From contig CAVVMW010000010.1 of assembly GCA_963749495.1 (NCBI GenBank), positions 608,001-672,000 on the forward strand: 64,000 nucleotides of DNA. Direction: 5' to 3'. This DNA is from an uncultured bacterium (GTDB lineage Bacteria > Verrucomicrobiota > Verrucomicrobiia > Limisphaerales > UBA8199). The translations under genes were made by a program, and so were the position numbers. A model generated the notes under the pieces. It did no database searches and was not told where the DNA came from. It saw nothing but the letters and a program-made list of their open reading frames with translations. Positions 10,573 to 22,311 of the stretch are shown piece after piece. Within the stretch, counting starts at the first letter, position 1; every line of letters starts with the position of its first letter.

Positions 10573-11103
10573 TCAGCCCACCAGTTTGGGCCAGACGGAC
10601 TGTTTGAACGCCTCGATTGCCTTGCTAATCGCAGTGTTGACCCGACAGTGGGCTTCCAAGTCCTCCTGCGATACGCCCGCCAGCAGGTGGGCGGCGAGTC
10701 TTCGGTAGCGTTCCCAGACCAGTCCTGCGACCTGGACGCCCGCGTCGGTGATCCGTGCCGCTTGAGCGTAATTCGGCCGCTCCGCTGATTCCCGGACTTC
10801 AATCAACCCGCGCTCCCGGTAGTCCTTGAGGCGGCGGCTGAACTTTCCGGGGTCGTGGACGAGCACCCGCCGCAGGTCGGCCACGGCAACGAAGCCGTCA
10901 GGGTCCACCGGGGCGTCCGTCCAGCCGAGTTTGCCGAGGCCGTGAAGCAGGGTCAACGTGTCGGCTTCGTCCACGGTCAGGGGCACATCCTTGAGGACCG
11001 CCTTGCGAATCGGCTCCAGCAGGTCGCGGCGGGCGGTGAAAATGCTCGCCAGGCAGTCCACCGGCTCAACCGGGGGCGAGGGCAGTTGACGTTTTTTCTT
11101 CAT
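10573..11103 (-). CDS. MarR-family winged-helix transcriptional regulator
   Basis: LTVDEADTLTLL..VADLRRVLVHDPGKFSRRLKDYRERGLIEV..ARITDAG; ATG at 11103. Confidence 0.7.
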   Translation of the reverse strand: MKKKRQLPSPPVEPVDCLASIFTARRDLLEPIRKAVLKDVPLTVDEADTLTLLHGLGKLGWTDAPVDPDGFVAVADLRRVLVHDPGKFSRRLKDYRERGLIEVRESAERPNYAQAARITDAGVQVAGLVWERYRRLAAHLLAGVSQEDLEAHCRVNTAISKAIEAFKQSVWPKLVG

Positions 11104-11152
11104 GCGCGAGAACCTGCGCCCGGAGACAGAACAAACCAAGTGAAAAAGGGTG

Positions 11153-11180
11153 TTGACATTATCAATTGATGATGTATTCT
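11153..11180 (+). promoter_or_regulatory. Sigma70-like promoter overlapping a palindromic operator, divergent from the marR-like gene
   Basis: TTGACA (11153-11158), 16-nt spacer, TATTCT (11175-11180); near-palindrome acattatcaattgatgatgt (11156-11175). Confidence 0.55.
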
Positions 11181-12814
11181 CCTCTGTGTTGACCCAACCA
11201 AAGGCCAATCCATGACCGGCAAATTCAAACGCCAGTGCTCGAATTGGCGAGCACCAATGCCGGTCGAGGCCGGACCTGTGCCAAAATCGGGTCGGAAAGT
11301 CGAAAACCTATGAAACCTCGATGCACCCGTTGGCGCGCGTGCCCGATTGGCCGAACAACATCCCATTCACCCTTAGCCTGACTTCCCCGGGACTCGAGCG
11401 TAAGTTGTTGATTTGCAAGCTCGGTCCTTCCGTTCACTTGCTACAACTGGCGGTCGCCCAAGCCGGGGGAGCCGCAAAAGGAGGCTGCAACCCCAACCCG
11501 TCGAGCACGGATGGCGCAAGTCCGCACCAATTCCGGTTCGCTCCTCGTTTGTGTCAGACTTGCGGCTTGTGAGGCACCGCGAAGCCCCGCGCAGGGGAGT
11601 GCGCAGAGCCAGCGCCCGAGTGGGCGCTGGCTCATCGTGCCCCCGCATCGTGTCTCGTCGGATCTGGAGAGGTTCAAATCTCCGATGTTCGGAACGCCCA
11701 GGCCGACATTACCCCATCGCCGCAACGCGGCACCGCCGCACCGCCGCAATTGGCCCGCGCTACGTTCGCCCTGGGTGCTCCCAGGCAGTTCTGAGTTCTT
11801 TTTCAGCCACCAGAGATTTTCTGAGCTCAAGCACCTTGCGCTGGTGCAGTTGTGCCAAGAAAATCATTTCCGGCACAGTCAAATCGCGCCGGTTCATCGC
11901 GTCGGCAAAGGGCTGCATCATTTCAAGGGATAACTGCCTCAGTTCGCAGCTTCACACACAAACGGGTTGGAGCCCAACCTTCAGGAGCGCCCTTGCCCGC
12001 ACGGCAATGCGGGCTCGGTGCTGGCCCTCACCATGGAAGAAGCTCGGAGGTGGGGCTATCTTCCAAAATAGGTCTCGGTGAGCACCCTGGACTGTATGAA
12101 TCCAACCTCGCTGCCCCGGTCAGGCCCATGCAGCCCGGGTGCTGGCTCCCCGCAACCAGGGCGAGGTGAACGTCCACCTTGGTGGACACCTCCACTGCCC
12201 AAGCTATCTATCGCGTGGGACGTGTCCACCACGGTGGACACCCTTTCCGGAAATGCCAAGGCTGGGTCCTTGCGGCAACACGGATTAGCTGCTCGATTTT
12301 ACAGTTGGGTAGGGCCGCCAAACGGAGGATGGCGGAAAATGAGATTTGCAGAACGAACCCAACACGAGGGAAGGTGGCCCGAGAGGCTTTCGGCTGGTCG
12401 AGATGTCGGTGCTGTGCTCACGACAGTCTGGTCCTCCAGGTTGACCAGCGCTTCCAGGCCGTATTCGGCCTGCAGCCGATCCAGTTGGGCATAAGCCTGG
12501 CGCAGTTGGGCGTCCACCGCCGCCCAGACCGGGGCGCTGGGCGCTTTCAATGGCACCTTGGTCGCCGGGTAGCGTCTGCCGTCCATCGTCGTGACGTTGG
12601 CCACGATGGTCGCCTGGCGCGAAGGATTGCGCTGGCTGCGCCAGGGTCTTTGGGTGGACCTCCCCGAGGGCCTCCAATGGTTCGGACTCCGTCAATCCGC
12701 TGGCCAGTGGACGCTCATTGGCCTGGCCTTGCTGTGGTTGGCCGCGCTGGCTCTCGGCAGCCGCCACCTTGCCGCGGTCCAGCAGTCGAGGTTTTTCTTG
12801 GCTTAAAGGACATC

Positions 12815-13393
12815 CTATCTCAATTCGCGGAATTTCCGATTTTTGTGATCCAAGATGCCGTGTGCCTGCGCGGACTGATCCTGCAACCACCTTTTGTGTT
12901 TACACCGAAGTTGTTTGATTTGCGGTTTCAGCCTGCAATTCTCGGCGGTTTGATCAGCCCACTCAAGAAAGGAAATCCACACCGCCGGCAGCCGATTTTT
13001 TAGCCTTCCCGCTCCAGGCTCGGCAGCCGCATGAAACAGCAGCCAAAGGAAAATGGAGGCCTGCTTGGAAAAGTACTCCGCTCTGACCTCATCGGTTGCG
13101 CCAAGATACGTGCGGTGCCAATCGTTGAAATCCGTTACGGAATAGGGCGAACCATCCATATTCATCACTTGGCCATTCCCTTCCAACAGCTCCTCTGCAC
13201 GTGCCCCCGTAGCTACATGAATGGACCGAGCTTTCTCGGCGTTCAGTCGGTTGCGCCCGTTCTCCCATGACACCACGGTGTGGGTGGAAACCCCAACCAA
13301 CGCGGCAAACTCCACCTGCGTTCTGCTAATGATTTTACGAAGCGCGTGAATGGATAGATTCCGCCGTCCGTATTTCCCAAGATCTTGTATCAT
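12815..13393 (-). CDS. XRE/Cro-CI-family HTH repressor
   Basis: LRKIISRTQVEFAALVGVSTHTVVSWENGRNRL. Confidence 0.8.
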   Translation of the reverse strand: MIQDLGKYGRRNLSIHALRKIISRTQVEFAALVGVSTHTVVSWENGRNRLNAEKARSIHVATGARAEELLEGNGQVMNMDGSPYSVTDFNDWHRTYLGATDEVRAEYFSKQASIFLWLLFHAAAEPGAGRLKNRLPAVWISFLEWADQTAENCRLKPQIKQLRCKHKRWLQDQSAQAHGILDHKNRKFRELR

Positions 13394-13513
13394 ACAAGGA
13401 AATTATACAAGCGGCCCTTGTAAATGTAAAGCGGTCGCTGTAGAGAACTTGCGGGACAAAGGCAACGAAAAACTCAAAACAGTGATACGAAGGCTCCTAA
13501 ATGAGCGCAGCGA

Positions 13514-13729
13514 ATGAGAAGTACCGGTCACAAACAAAGATTGTGCTGGACCCGGCAGGAATTAGTTCAGGCGACGGGGCTTTCTTATCGAACGATCGTC
13601 AACCTCGAGACTCGCGGCTTATTAGACCGCTGCGTCGTGGGCGTCAACATCGCCTGTTACACCGAAGCCAGCGTGCGCGCCCTCTTGGGCGGGAAGGCGG
13701 CGGGTCCCGCGCTGCGCGAGACTGCCTAA
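13514..13729 (+). CDS. Small HTH DNA-binding protein, excisionase/AlpA-like
   Basis: 71 aa, WTRQELVQATGLSYRTIVNLETRGLL; divergent from the XRE gene. Confidence 0.6.
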   Translation: MRSTGHKQRLCWTRQELVQATGLSYRTIVNLETRGLLDRCVVGVNIACYTEASVRALLGGKAAGPALRETA

Positions 13730-13816
13730 GTGCTCTTTGTGCCAAGTCTAATCTGTCCATCGAGGTACTGGGGGCGCTGGGGCCGGGTGAAAGACGGAGT
13801 CCGAGGTTATGATTTT

Positions 13817-15540
13817 ATGAAAGCCGCAGTCCACGTCTTGACAAAGCAGCAGCGCACACTCCCGACTGCGACACAGTATGAGCGGGTCCAGAGTATTCTG
13901 GACAATGAACCCGCACTGCGCAGGCTGCTGAGCTCGAAAAGGCACTGTTTCGAGAACCGTTTGGACAGGAGGATTTGTGTTTCCAAGGAGGCCATCGAGA
14001 CCACCAACGCGGTGCATTCCACGGGCGGGGACGCTATCAAGGTGCCCAAGAACGTGATCTTGATGACGGCCGCGCGGGTGCTCGGGGTGGTTTCCAACAA
14101 TGGCCAAGAGACAAACAAACCTGCAAGCGTGCGTTTTGCCGAACCGAAACCGAACGGACAGGCATGCACAGTGCACTCGGGTGGTCCCGTCGAATTTGTC
14201 GAAAATCCCCGCAACCAGGCCGGGTCATCTGATGCCGCCGCGACAATTTCGACAAATTCGACGGGGGAGCACGTACTGGAAGTTGCCGTGATCCCCCCAA
14301 CTCGCTGCTTGAAGACTACCTGACGTTGGCCCACAAACAGGTGGAAAGTGCCGACAGTTGCATCATCGGCGCGTTTCTGCCGGTGGTCGCGGCTTGCCTG
14401 GCTCGTCGAGTTTATTTTGCATGGGGCGAGGAGCGGATTTATCCCAACCTTTTTACTATGCTAGCCGGGAGATCGGGCGACCGTAAGTCCACGGGCATCA
14501 ATTGGGCTGATTTACTCGCGAAGGCCGTGCTTGCGCCTGAGTCTTTCTTGCCTGACACCTGCAGTGCAGAATTGCTGTTTGACGAGTATGACGTGAATTG
14601 CGGAGGTTCGCCCGACAAGCTGCTCCTGGCGGACGATGCCACTCCCCTTTTGGGGACCTGGACCAAGAGCGGTTACGGCGAACGGGTGGGGCAGCGGTTC
14701 TTGAACCTTTACGACTGCAAATCCTTATTCGAGGCTTTCGAGAAAAACAGGAAATCGGATGCCCAGGGCAGAAGCCGCCGGATGATTCCTGAAACCAGCA
14801 CCAGCGTCGTCTTGGGGGCGACCTTTGACATTTGCCGCTTGCAGGGCCGTGGAATAAGCTCCGGCCTGCAACGTTGCTTTTTGTTTTATGCCGCCCAGAG
14901 ACACGGGCGACTGATCGCCTACCCCCCACCAGTTGACAAGACCGAGTTCGACCGGTTGGTCAGGATGCTGGCAAAGCTCAAAGAACTCCGTGCGGAGTGC
15001 AAATTTTCGGATCAGGCGCTGAGCCTTTGGGAAGCCTACCAGCGCCGCAACCGCAGCGTGCTGCAAATGGAAAATGAGCAGGCTCATTTGGCACGGCTTA
15101 ATGGCGCGCCGCGCCACGTGCAAAAGGTGGCCATGCTCTTCGAGGCATCTGTCTGGGCAAAGCAGGATGGGCCCCTTTGGGACGGAGTCATCCATATCCC
15201 GAGGTTGGAGTCGGCAATTGAGCACGTGGATCATTGCCTCCAGACCGCTACCCGGCTGGATTGCATTGCCCAGAAGGCTACGACCCGGAGCTTGGCGGAC
15301 GCTCTGCTGGCAAGAATCCGACGTGACTTCAGCGCTCCGCAGAATATTCGCGGCGGTTGGATTTGGCTCACCAAAACTCATCTGACGGCCAAATATGCGT
15401 CGCAGCCCAACCGCCCACATTCTTTGAAGCCGGAAGACTTGTACCGGCGGCTCATCCCCTGTCTCATCGAACTGGGGGTGGCCCGTTTGGGCGAGCGGCA
15501 GGGCAAAAAGGTTTGGTACGGGTTCACCGTTGAGGAATGA
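13817..15540 (+). CDS. DUF3987/YfjI-family P-loop protein (mobile-element replication), frameshift at the C-run near 14295
   Basis: IYPNLFTMLAGRSGDRKSTGI, FLNLYD, SSGLQRCFLF; PNSLLEDYLTLAHK reads in frame upstream of the 14326 start, linking the two ORFs. Confidence 0.7.
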
Positions 15541-15719
15541 GCATCCAGAAAGCCTGTATGACTTGGCCCGCTTGGGCGAGCAGCATGGCGAGAAGGTGTC
15601 CTACGTGTTCCGGTGAGGCAATCCACCAAACTTGTGGCGCACTGGACCGTCTGGGGTCTTCACGGTTAGCACTGGTAGTACGCGCTAGCGCCTTCCAGCC
15701 TAACCAGCCCGCGCCGAGG

Positions 15720-16420
15720 TGACCGGTCCTGACCGGCTGGGGCAGCAGCGACTGGGGCCAACTGGGCATTAACAGCACCGCTACCTCCCTTCTGCCGGTC
15801 GCGGTCAACACGGACCGGAACAGCTCGGCTCTGTATGGCAAGAGCGTCGTGGGAATCGCCGCCGGCAATTACCACAGCCTAGCCGTCTGCTCGGATGGCA
15901 CGCTGGCCACCTGGGGCTGGAACGCTGATGGGCAACTTGGGAACGATGCGATCACTCAAGGCAATGCTCCCGTGGCAGTCAGCAACGGCGCTCTGCCCGC
16001 GGGCGCGCGCTACACTGCCGCCGCCGCGGGCGCTTATCACACGCTGGCCGTGGCGGCTCTGCCCCCGGCGGCGGCCAATTCCTGCGGGGCCAGTGGTACA
16101 CTGGACGGCACCGGCTCCAGCGACCCGGATGGTGACGCGCTCGCCTATATGTGGAACGGGCCCTTCGGCACTGTGACCGGCGTGACTCCAACGGTTAACC
16201 TCCTGGCTGGCGTTCACACGATTACGCTGACCGTCGCCGACGGCAGAGGCGGAAGCGCCACGGATTCTGTTTTGATTACGGTTGGTGACCCCAATAACGC
16301 TATGCTCAGCGGAACCTTCACCTCCACGACGCTCCTCACCCACACCCGTTATTCGCATGCCGCCGCGCGTCTCGCCGATGGATGGGTGTTGATCCTCGGC
16401 GGGCAGAGCCAACCGGATGG
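15720..16420 (+). pseudogene. Fragment of surface protein with RCC1 repeats, PKD/Ig domain and Kelch repeat
   Basis: IAAGNYHSLAVCSDGTLATWGWNADGQLG; LDGTGSSDPDGDALAYMW; RYSHAAARLADGWVLILGG. Confidence 0.65.
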
Positions 16421-16894
16421 GGCGCGGTCGTTCGATTTCAAGTCCACGATCGTCGTCTGGCCGGTGTCCTTGCGCCGCACAAGGTCAATGCGCCCAACCA
16501 CGCTGACGCCGCTCCTCGTCGGCTTCCAGGAAATCGGCGTCGGCGAAGACCTGGCAGCCCTTCGCCCAAGCGCCCAGCGCACGCTGCCGGAGGCCCTGCC
16601 AGGCCCTTTCCGTAGCCTGCGTGGGGGGAGCCGATGGTACAGCCGCAGCCTCGCGCTGTTCCCTGGCCAACCGTCAGGATGCCCGCGAATCGCGCCTGCT
16701 TGGCCGTGGCCAGGCCCAGGAGGGCTGGGCCGCATCCTTTGGGGCCGCGAGGGAGGGCACCGGGCCGCAAACGGCTCCCAGCGGCCTTTGGCGGCCGGGC
16801 GCTTGGCGGCGCGGCCCGTGGGGGCGCAGAGCAGGCACCGCACCTTCTTGGCCCGCAGGATGAGCAGGATGGCGTTGCGTGCCACTATTCGCAA
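16420..16894 (-). pseudogene. Joined fragments: RecD2-like helicase piece and PD-(D/E)XK nuclease piece
   Basis: LLCAPTGRAAKR (about 16790-16860); GRIDLVRRKDTGQTTIVDLKS (about 16430-16510). Confidence 0.5.
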
Positions 16895-18728
16895 GACCGA
16901 CCTGACGCCTCGTCATATCGGCTCAGGCAACGTCCTCGGGTCCCCGCCATGCTTGTTGGACGGTGATTGCCCCCGGAAATTGCAGGGTCGTGGGAAAGTT
17001 CGGGATCCCATTGGTGATACAGACTCGGAAGGCCGGGTCCGTAGTGCCATCGGGTAGCAGGCGGGCGAGACCCGTGAACGGCTGCCCGTTCAGTGTCGCG
17101 AGCGAGCCGATGGCCAAAAGGCCCCCGCGCTGATCGCAAGCCAACCGGATCGGGTTGACGGTATCTGCCAGCTCAAAGCGAGCCAGCCCGTGCAGTTCGT
17201 CGCCATCACCGCCGAGGATGAGGCGACGATCACACCCTTTCTCAAGAAGCGGCCCATCAGGGCCTGGGTGGGGCTGGACACGAGCAAGGCCATGAACCGG
17301 GCCTATGGCGTGGTGGCCATACCGCACAGCGTCATCCTGGACAAAGATGGAAGGATAACCGCCATCACAGACCGATTTCCGCACCGTACACGGTCCTCCG
17401 GTGAAACCCGCGACGGAACACCGCGGGAGACGTATGCTGCCGCAATAGCCTTGCCACGCTGCGTAATTAGAGCATGCGAAAGAAACACTACAAAGCGGAG
17501 GCTCCCGGCGGCGGCCCACCCCGACTGGTCCAGGTCATCCAGCAATTGGGGGCGCTAAAGAAGGAAGGGCTGACCGACCCTCGACGGGAGGATGAGCTCA
17601 AAGAACTGGAAAAGGACCGAGGGGAGGTCATTTTGGCTATCCTCTGGGTTTGGGAAGGGCAAAGACTCCGGCGCGCCATTGAGTCCAGAGCGAAGAGGGC
17701 TGAAGCTATCGATGAGGCGGCGAAGCGGACGGACCTGACATGGTTGGAGTGGCGACGGTTGTACGCGGCCATCTGCGAAGATTTGCACGAGTTAAAGAAA
17801 ACCGTCCAGCGGGAGTAAGAACTGAAGAGACAGCCTCATACCCACTGCTAGCGGATACTCACGCCCCATGGCAGATATCCCCCGAAAGGACCAGTCGGGG
17901 CGCAACTATACACTCCGCATCTCCAAAGTCTATATTGGGCTAGCGGCGAGAGGATCTACTCGGTCGATCGGGGGCGCATCCGCCGGCGTTTGATCCCCGC
18001 AGTGATCTCCGAGATCTCCACTCGGCGTGCCAGAATCCTCGATGCCAGCCGGGCACAGTCGGCTATATCGGCGGGGTTTCGGTAGCGCAGCTCCCTCGCC
18101 CAGCCCGCGAAACCGTCTTCGTCGACTTCCCACTACACGACGATCGCCCCGTGGAAGTCAGACCGATAGGATCTGGGTATCCTAAACCGTTCCTCCAGAA
18201 TCCTGTCCAACGCCTCCCAGCGGTCGGTTTGGAGAAGGGTTAAAACCTTCGCTCTGACGGTCTCCGCCTTGATCCCCACGAGTCTTTCCACCCGGCACAT
18301 CGGTATGCCCAGGACCATCAGAGCAAAGGCCTGCAAGAGTCTATCGATCCGAAGGTGAATCCGCTGTCCACAGAACAGTGGCTCCACCTTGCCAAGGGGT
18401 ATTGACCAACTCTCGCTGCAGCCGGAGCAACGAACCTGCTGCATCGGTCCCCTGGCCAAGGCTGGGCGCACGCCGTCCGGGCACCTGGCTCGTACGCCAC
18501 ACCGCGGGCACTGGATCGGGAAACCGCTTTTTCTGCACACGACGCTCATCGTCTCATATCATGCACAAAGTGGGAAGTGATGTCAAGTTGGGTCTCTGCG
18601 ATTCAGACAGTGGGGGAAGGAATATGGTGCATATGGGCGGGGGGAGTTTTTGGCGACACCTTGGCCGACCGCCGCGGCTTGGATTCAAGATTCGGCGGAG
18701 TGGGCCACTGGCGACAGGATGGAGGGTT

Positions 18729-20384
18729 TTAGGCGGGTCTGGGGTTGGGTGGTAAAGTCAGGAGGTTTTGTTCCAAGGCCTGGATTTTCTTGAGCGCTTT
18801 GTCGCGGGCCGGCCCTTCCAACTGGAGCACTTCGCGGGTGAACGTCACCAGCGGCATCTGGGTGTAGGCGTAGCCCAGATAAATCACGACCCACTGCTGG
18901 TGCAGATTGAGTTGCTGGACCAGGGATTCGGGCGTGAGATTGGCCAGGGTTTCTTCGACGAACTTCCACAATTGCCACTGCCGTAGCGTATAGGTCAGGA
19001 GGATCATCACCACCTGGGCGGTGATCGCGTTGAAGCTGCGGGAACGGAAGTCGGTCAAATCGTAGAAGCATTTGAGTTGCCGATGCCGCTCTTCAATGGC
19101 GGGGCGTTTGCCATAGAGCTCGATCATCTGGAGCGGTTGGGCGGCCGGGTTGGTCGTCATGAGCGCCCAGTCATCGTGATGGCCGTCGGCGTAGTGGTTG
19201 CGGAGCAACACCACCTGAATGGGCACGGTGGCGGCGGTCCAACTGGTGAAGTCTTTGAGGGCGCAGAACTCGGTGTGCGTCCGCAGGTCTGCCGGCGAGG
19301 GCGGTGGCTGCTCCGCCCGCAACAGGGCCAACTTTTTCTGTCGTTTGGCTTCCCGGCGCCGGATGAGTTCGGGCCGTTGCGGCGGGACTTGGGGGACTGA
19401 GGGCGTGGGTTCTGGACGGCGTTGCCAGACTCCTTGAGGGGCCAGGGCCCAGGCATCGGTCCAAATATCCATGTTCTTCTTCATCGGGATAAGCACGTTG
19501 ATGCCCCACTCCCGCTTGCAGCGGCTGATGCGCTCTCCGTCAATAAACCCGCGATCCAGGACCAGCCACTTGATAACGCCCTGGCCCACGCTGGCCACAA
19601 ACCGGGCCACCAATTCATCATAGAAGGGGCCGACCTCGTGGGCGTTGCCAGCCACCAGCAGCGCCCCCCCGTAGACGTAACACCCCCCGCGCAAATGCAG
19701 CAAACTGATCCATTTGTAGCACCGCTCCCGGTGCGCCCGCTTGCGCTGCTCGGGCGTGAGCGATTCATAGTCCACCGGGTGATTGTGCTCGTCGAACCAC
19801 ATCAGCACGCTGCCTTCATAGGCGGGGTTGTCCGGCACAAACAGATAGGAGGCGTCGCCGATGAAAATGCCGGCCGGGTCGAAAAAGCCGTATTGCTGGA
19901 AGACCTTTTGGACAGTGGTGTTAAGCCACTCCAGCCATTGCGCGGCGGGCACGTCCTTGAGGGCCTTGCGCAGGGTGTCCTGGTCGCAGGGGGTGGTGCG
20001 GTCGTAGCTGTTCTTGTCGTTGAAGCCCTGGCAGGCCAAGACCCAGCGTTGGGTTTGGGGGTCCAGGTGCTTGGTTGCCAGGTCGGGCGGCAACGCGGCC
20101 AACAAGCCCCCACAGCGCACCACCTGTTCGAAAGCCAGGAAGGAGTTTTGCTGATGGAGTTTCAAGCTGAGGTTGGCCGCCAAGATGAACCACCGGGGCA
20201 CCTCCTCCTTCTTGCGGACGGTGGGCAGGTCCTGGGCCAGATGGAGCAAGAGCCGTTCTTTGAAGCAGCGCTCGAAGAAATCCCGTTCGTCGGCCTGGCC
20301 GAGGATTTCCAGGGCGTCGAACTCACCTTGGCGAAAGGCGTCCAGGACTCGTTGGGGATGATATTCGATGAAAGCCAGGTCCAT
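18729..20384 (-). mobile_element. DDE transposase (IS4 superfamily-like), 551 aa
   Basis: IFIGDASY, LVLDRGFIDG, YGKRPAIEERHRQLK (YREK-like motif). Confidence 0.8.
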
Positions 20385-20782
20385 CAGGGGGATCGCGCTT
20401 TGGTTTTGGGTTTGGGCCAGACCACGCTCAGGCTCTGGGCCAGTTGGTCGGCCAAGGCCAGGAGGGCCGCGGTTTGCTTGCCGAACCGGGCGCGGGCGCG
20501 CTGGTAGCGGCGCCAGGCCCCGGCCCATTGGCGGACTTGGGCGCGCTGGCCGGGTGGGACGCTGTAGAGTTTGTGGCGGCCGGCCTCGCTGCGGGTGAGG
20601 ACCCAGGCGGGGTGGAGCCGGCCATGGGCGCAACGGCAGGAGGCTTTGCCGCATTTGCGGCGCATGAGGTAGAAGGAGCCCGGGGTCATGGGCTGGTCCG
20701 GGGTCATGGCCCGGAGGGTGCGGCCCAAGGCCCGGCAGGCACACCAGAGGCGCTGGCGAAGCCTGGAGGTTTTCGCCTTCAT
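20384..20782 (-). CDS. Small Zn-binding IS accessory protein (DUF6788-like)
   Basis: PGSFYLMRRKCGKASCRCAHGRLHPAWVLT; TGATG overlap with the transposase start. Confidence 0.6.
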   Translation of the reverse strand: MKAKTSRLRQRLWCACRALGRTLRAMTPDQPMTPGSFYLMRRKCGKASCRCAHGRLHPAWVLTRSEAGRHKLYSVPPGQRAQVRQWAGAWRRYQRARARFGKQTAALLALADQLAQSLSVVWPKPKTKARSP

Positions 20783-21310
20783 CTGTGTTTATATATATAT
20801 TACTAGACACAGATTGCAAGCGCAAAATTCAAAAAAAGTGAAAAAAGATGCGGGAGGTCCGGCGGGCCCATGGGGGAGGCAAACCGTGCCGGGCGGTGAC
20901 ACGGGGGATGAGGGGGAGCGGGAGCTGCTGGGGCCCGGGCAGAGGGCCGGACTAATCTGTATTCTATAGTATTATAGTAAACACAGAAAGGTATGCCTGC
21001 GAGCGCCTCCGAGTGAAAAATCTGCTGGTGGGGGTAGCGGCCCTGCCAAACAAATGGTTTTTAGGCGGTTTTAGAAAGCCCTCCCCCAGTGTCTGAATCG
21101 CAGAAGTTGGGTCTGATCCCCAGTTTTGTTTAGTGCGCATCTCAGATTTTTCCAAGGTTGAGGGACGTCATAGTTGCGCGGTGGGTTGATCCCGGTGAAC
21201 CCAGGGTCTTTGGGCGGGGTTTTGGGAGGTAATCGGCCGCCGAGTCCGGGGCAGAAGAAAGCTTCATTTTGTACGGAACTCCGGCCCGGCCTTTTGCCAA
21301 GCTTGGGTTC

Positions 21311-22311
21311 GTGAACGAACCGACGCTCATCCAAGGGCGGATGATCGGTGCGACCGATCTGGAGCAAGTTCGCCGGCTGCTGGCAGCGCATCCAGATTGG
21401 AGTCGCCGCCCTCTGAGCCAGCAGTTGGCTGTGCTCTGGAACTGGCGCAACCCGGCAGGCCCTGCCTGCCGGCAGGCAGGCCAACTCAAAGATATGGCCG
21501 CGCGGACGCTGTTGCTCAAATTGGAGCAGCGGGATTGGATTGCGTTGCCGCCGCGCCGACAGGCTCCGTCCAATCGCATGCGGGCCAAGCAGATGCCGCC
21601 ACGATCGGTGCTGGTGCCGGAGTCGCCGGTGCAGGAGGACCTGGGCAAGCTGCTGCCGCTGGACATCCGCGAAGTCAGCGTGTCGGGGGGGAGCCTCGGG
21701 CACGCCCCCTTCGAAAGCCTGCTTCACCGCCATCACTATTTGAGCTGCCGCAGTCCGGTGGGCGAAAACCTCCAATATCTGGCGAGCGATCGCCACGGAC
21801 GGCCCCTGGCCTGCCTACCGGCAGGTAAACTTGCCTGCTCTTTGGCGCGGCGGCCTGGCAGTGTGCCGACCGGGATGAGTATATCGGCTGGGACGGGCCG
21901 ACCCGTGGCCAAGGCCTGCATCTGATTGCCAACAATACGCGCTTTTTAATCCCGTCCTGGGTGCGGGTGCCTCATCTGGCCAGCCACCTTTTAAGCCGCA
22001 TCGCCCGGCGTGTGAGCCGCGATTGGCAGGGCAAATACGGCCATCCCATCTATCTGCTGGAAACCTTCGTCGAGGCGGGGCGCTTCGCTGGCGGTTGCTA
22101 CCAGGCCGCCAACTGGCGGCGTGTGGGCCGAACCAAGGGCCGCAGCCGGCAGAACCGCCCGGATGGCCGTGCCTACCGGCAGGCAGGCCGTCCCTACCGA
22201 CAGCCCCTCAAAGACGTTTACCTTTACCCCTTGCATCCGCGCTTTCGGCAAAGGCTGCAAGGGTGCCGACAACCCCAGTTCCTTAACCCCTGCCCACCTA
22301 TCACCCCATGA
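21311..22311 (+). pseudogene. DUF4338/DruA-like protein, frameshifted by a palindromic insertion near 21812
   Basis: WNWRNPAG..LKDMAARTLLLKLE, HHYL, VGENLQYL, IANNTRFLIP, VPHLASHLLS, LLETFVE, YQAANWRRVGRTKGR. Confidence 0.8.

Noticed and set aside
21311..22311. Druantia defence system
   Set aside because: Only a DUF4338/DruA-like gene coupled to a transposase; no DruE helicase or other dru genes
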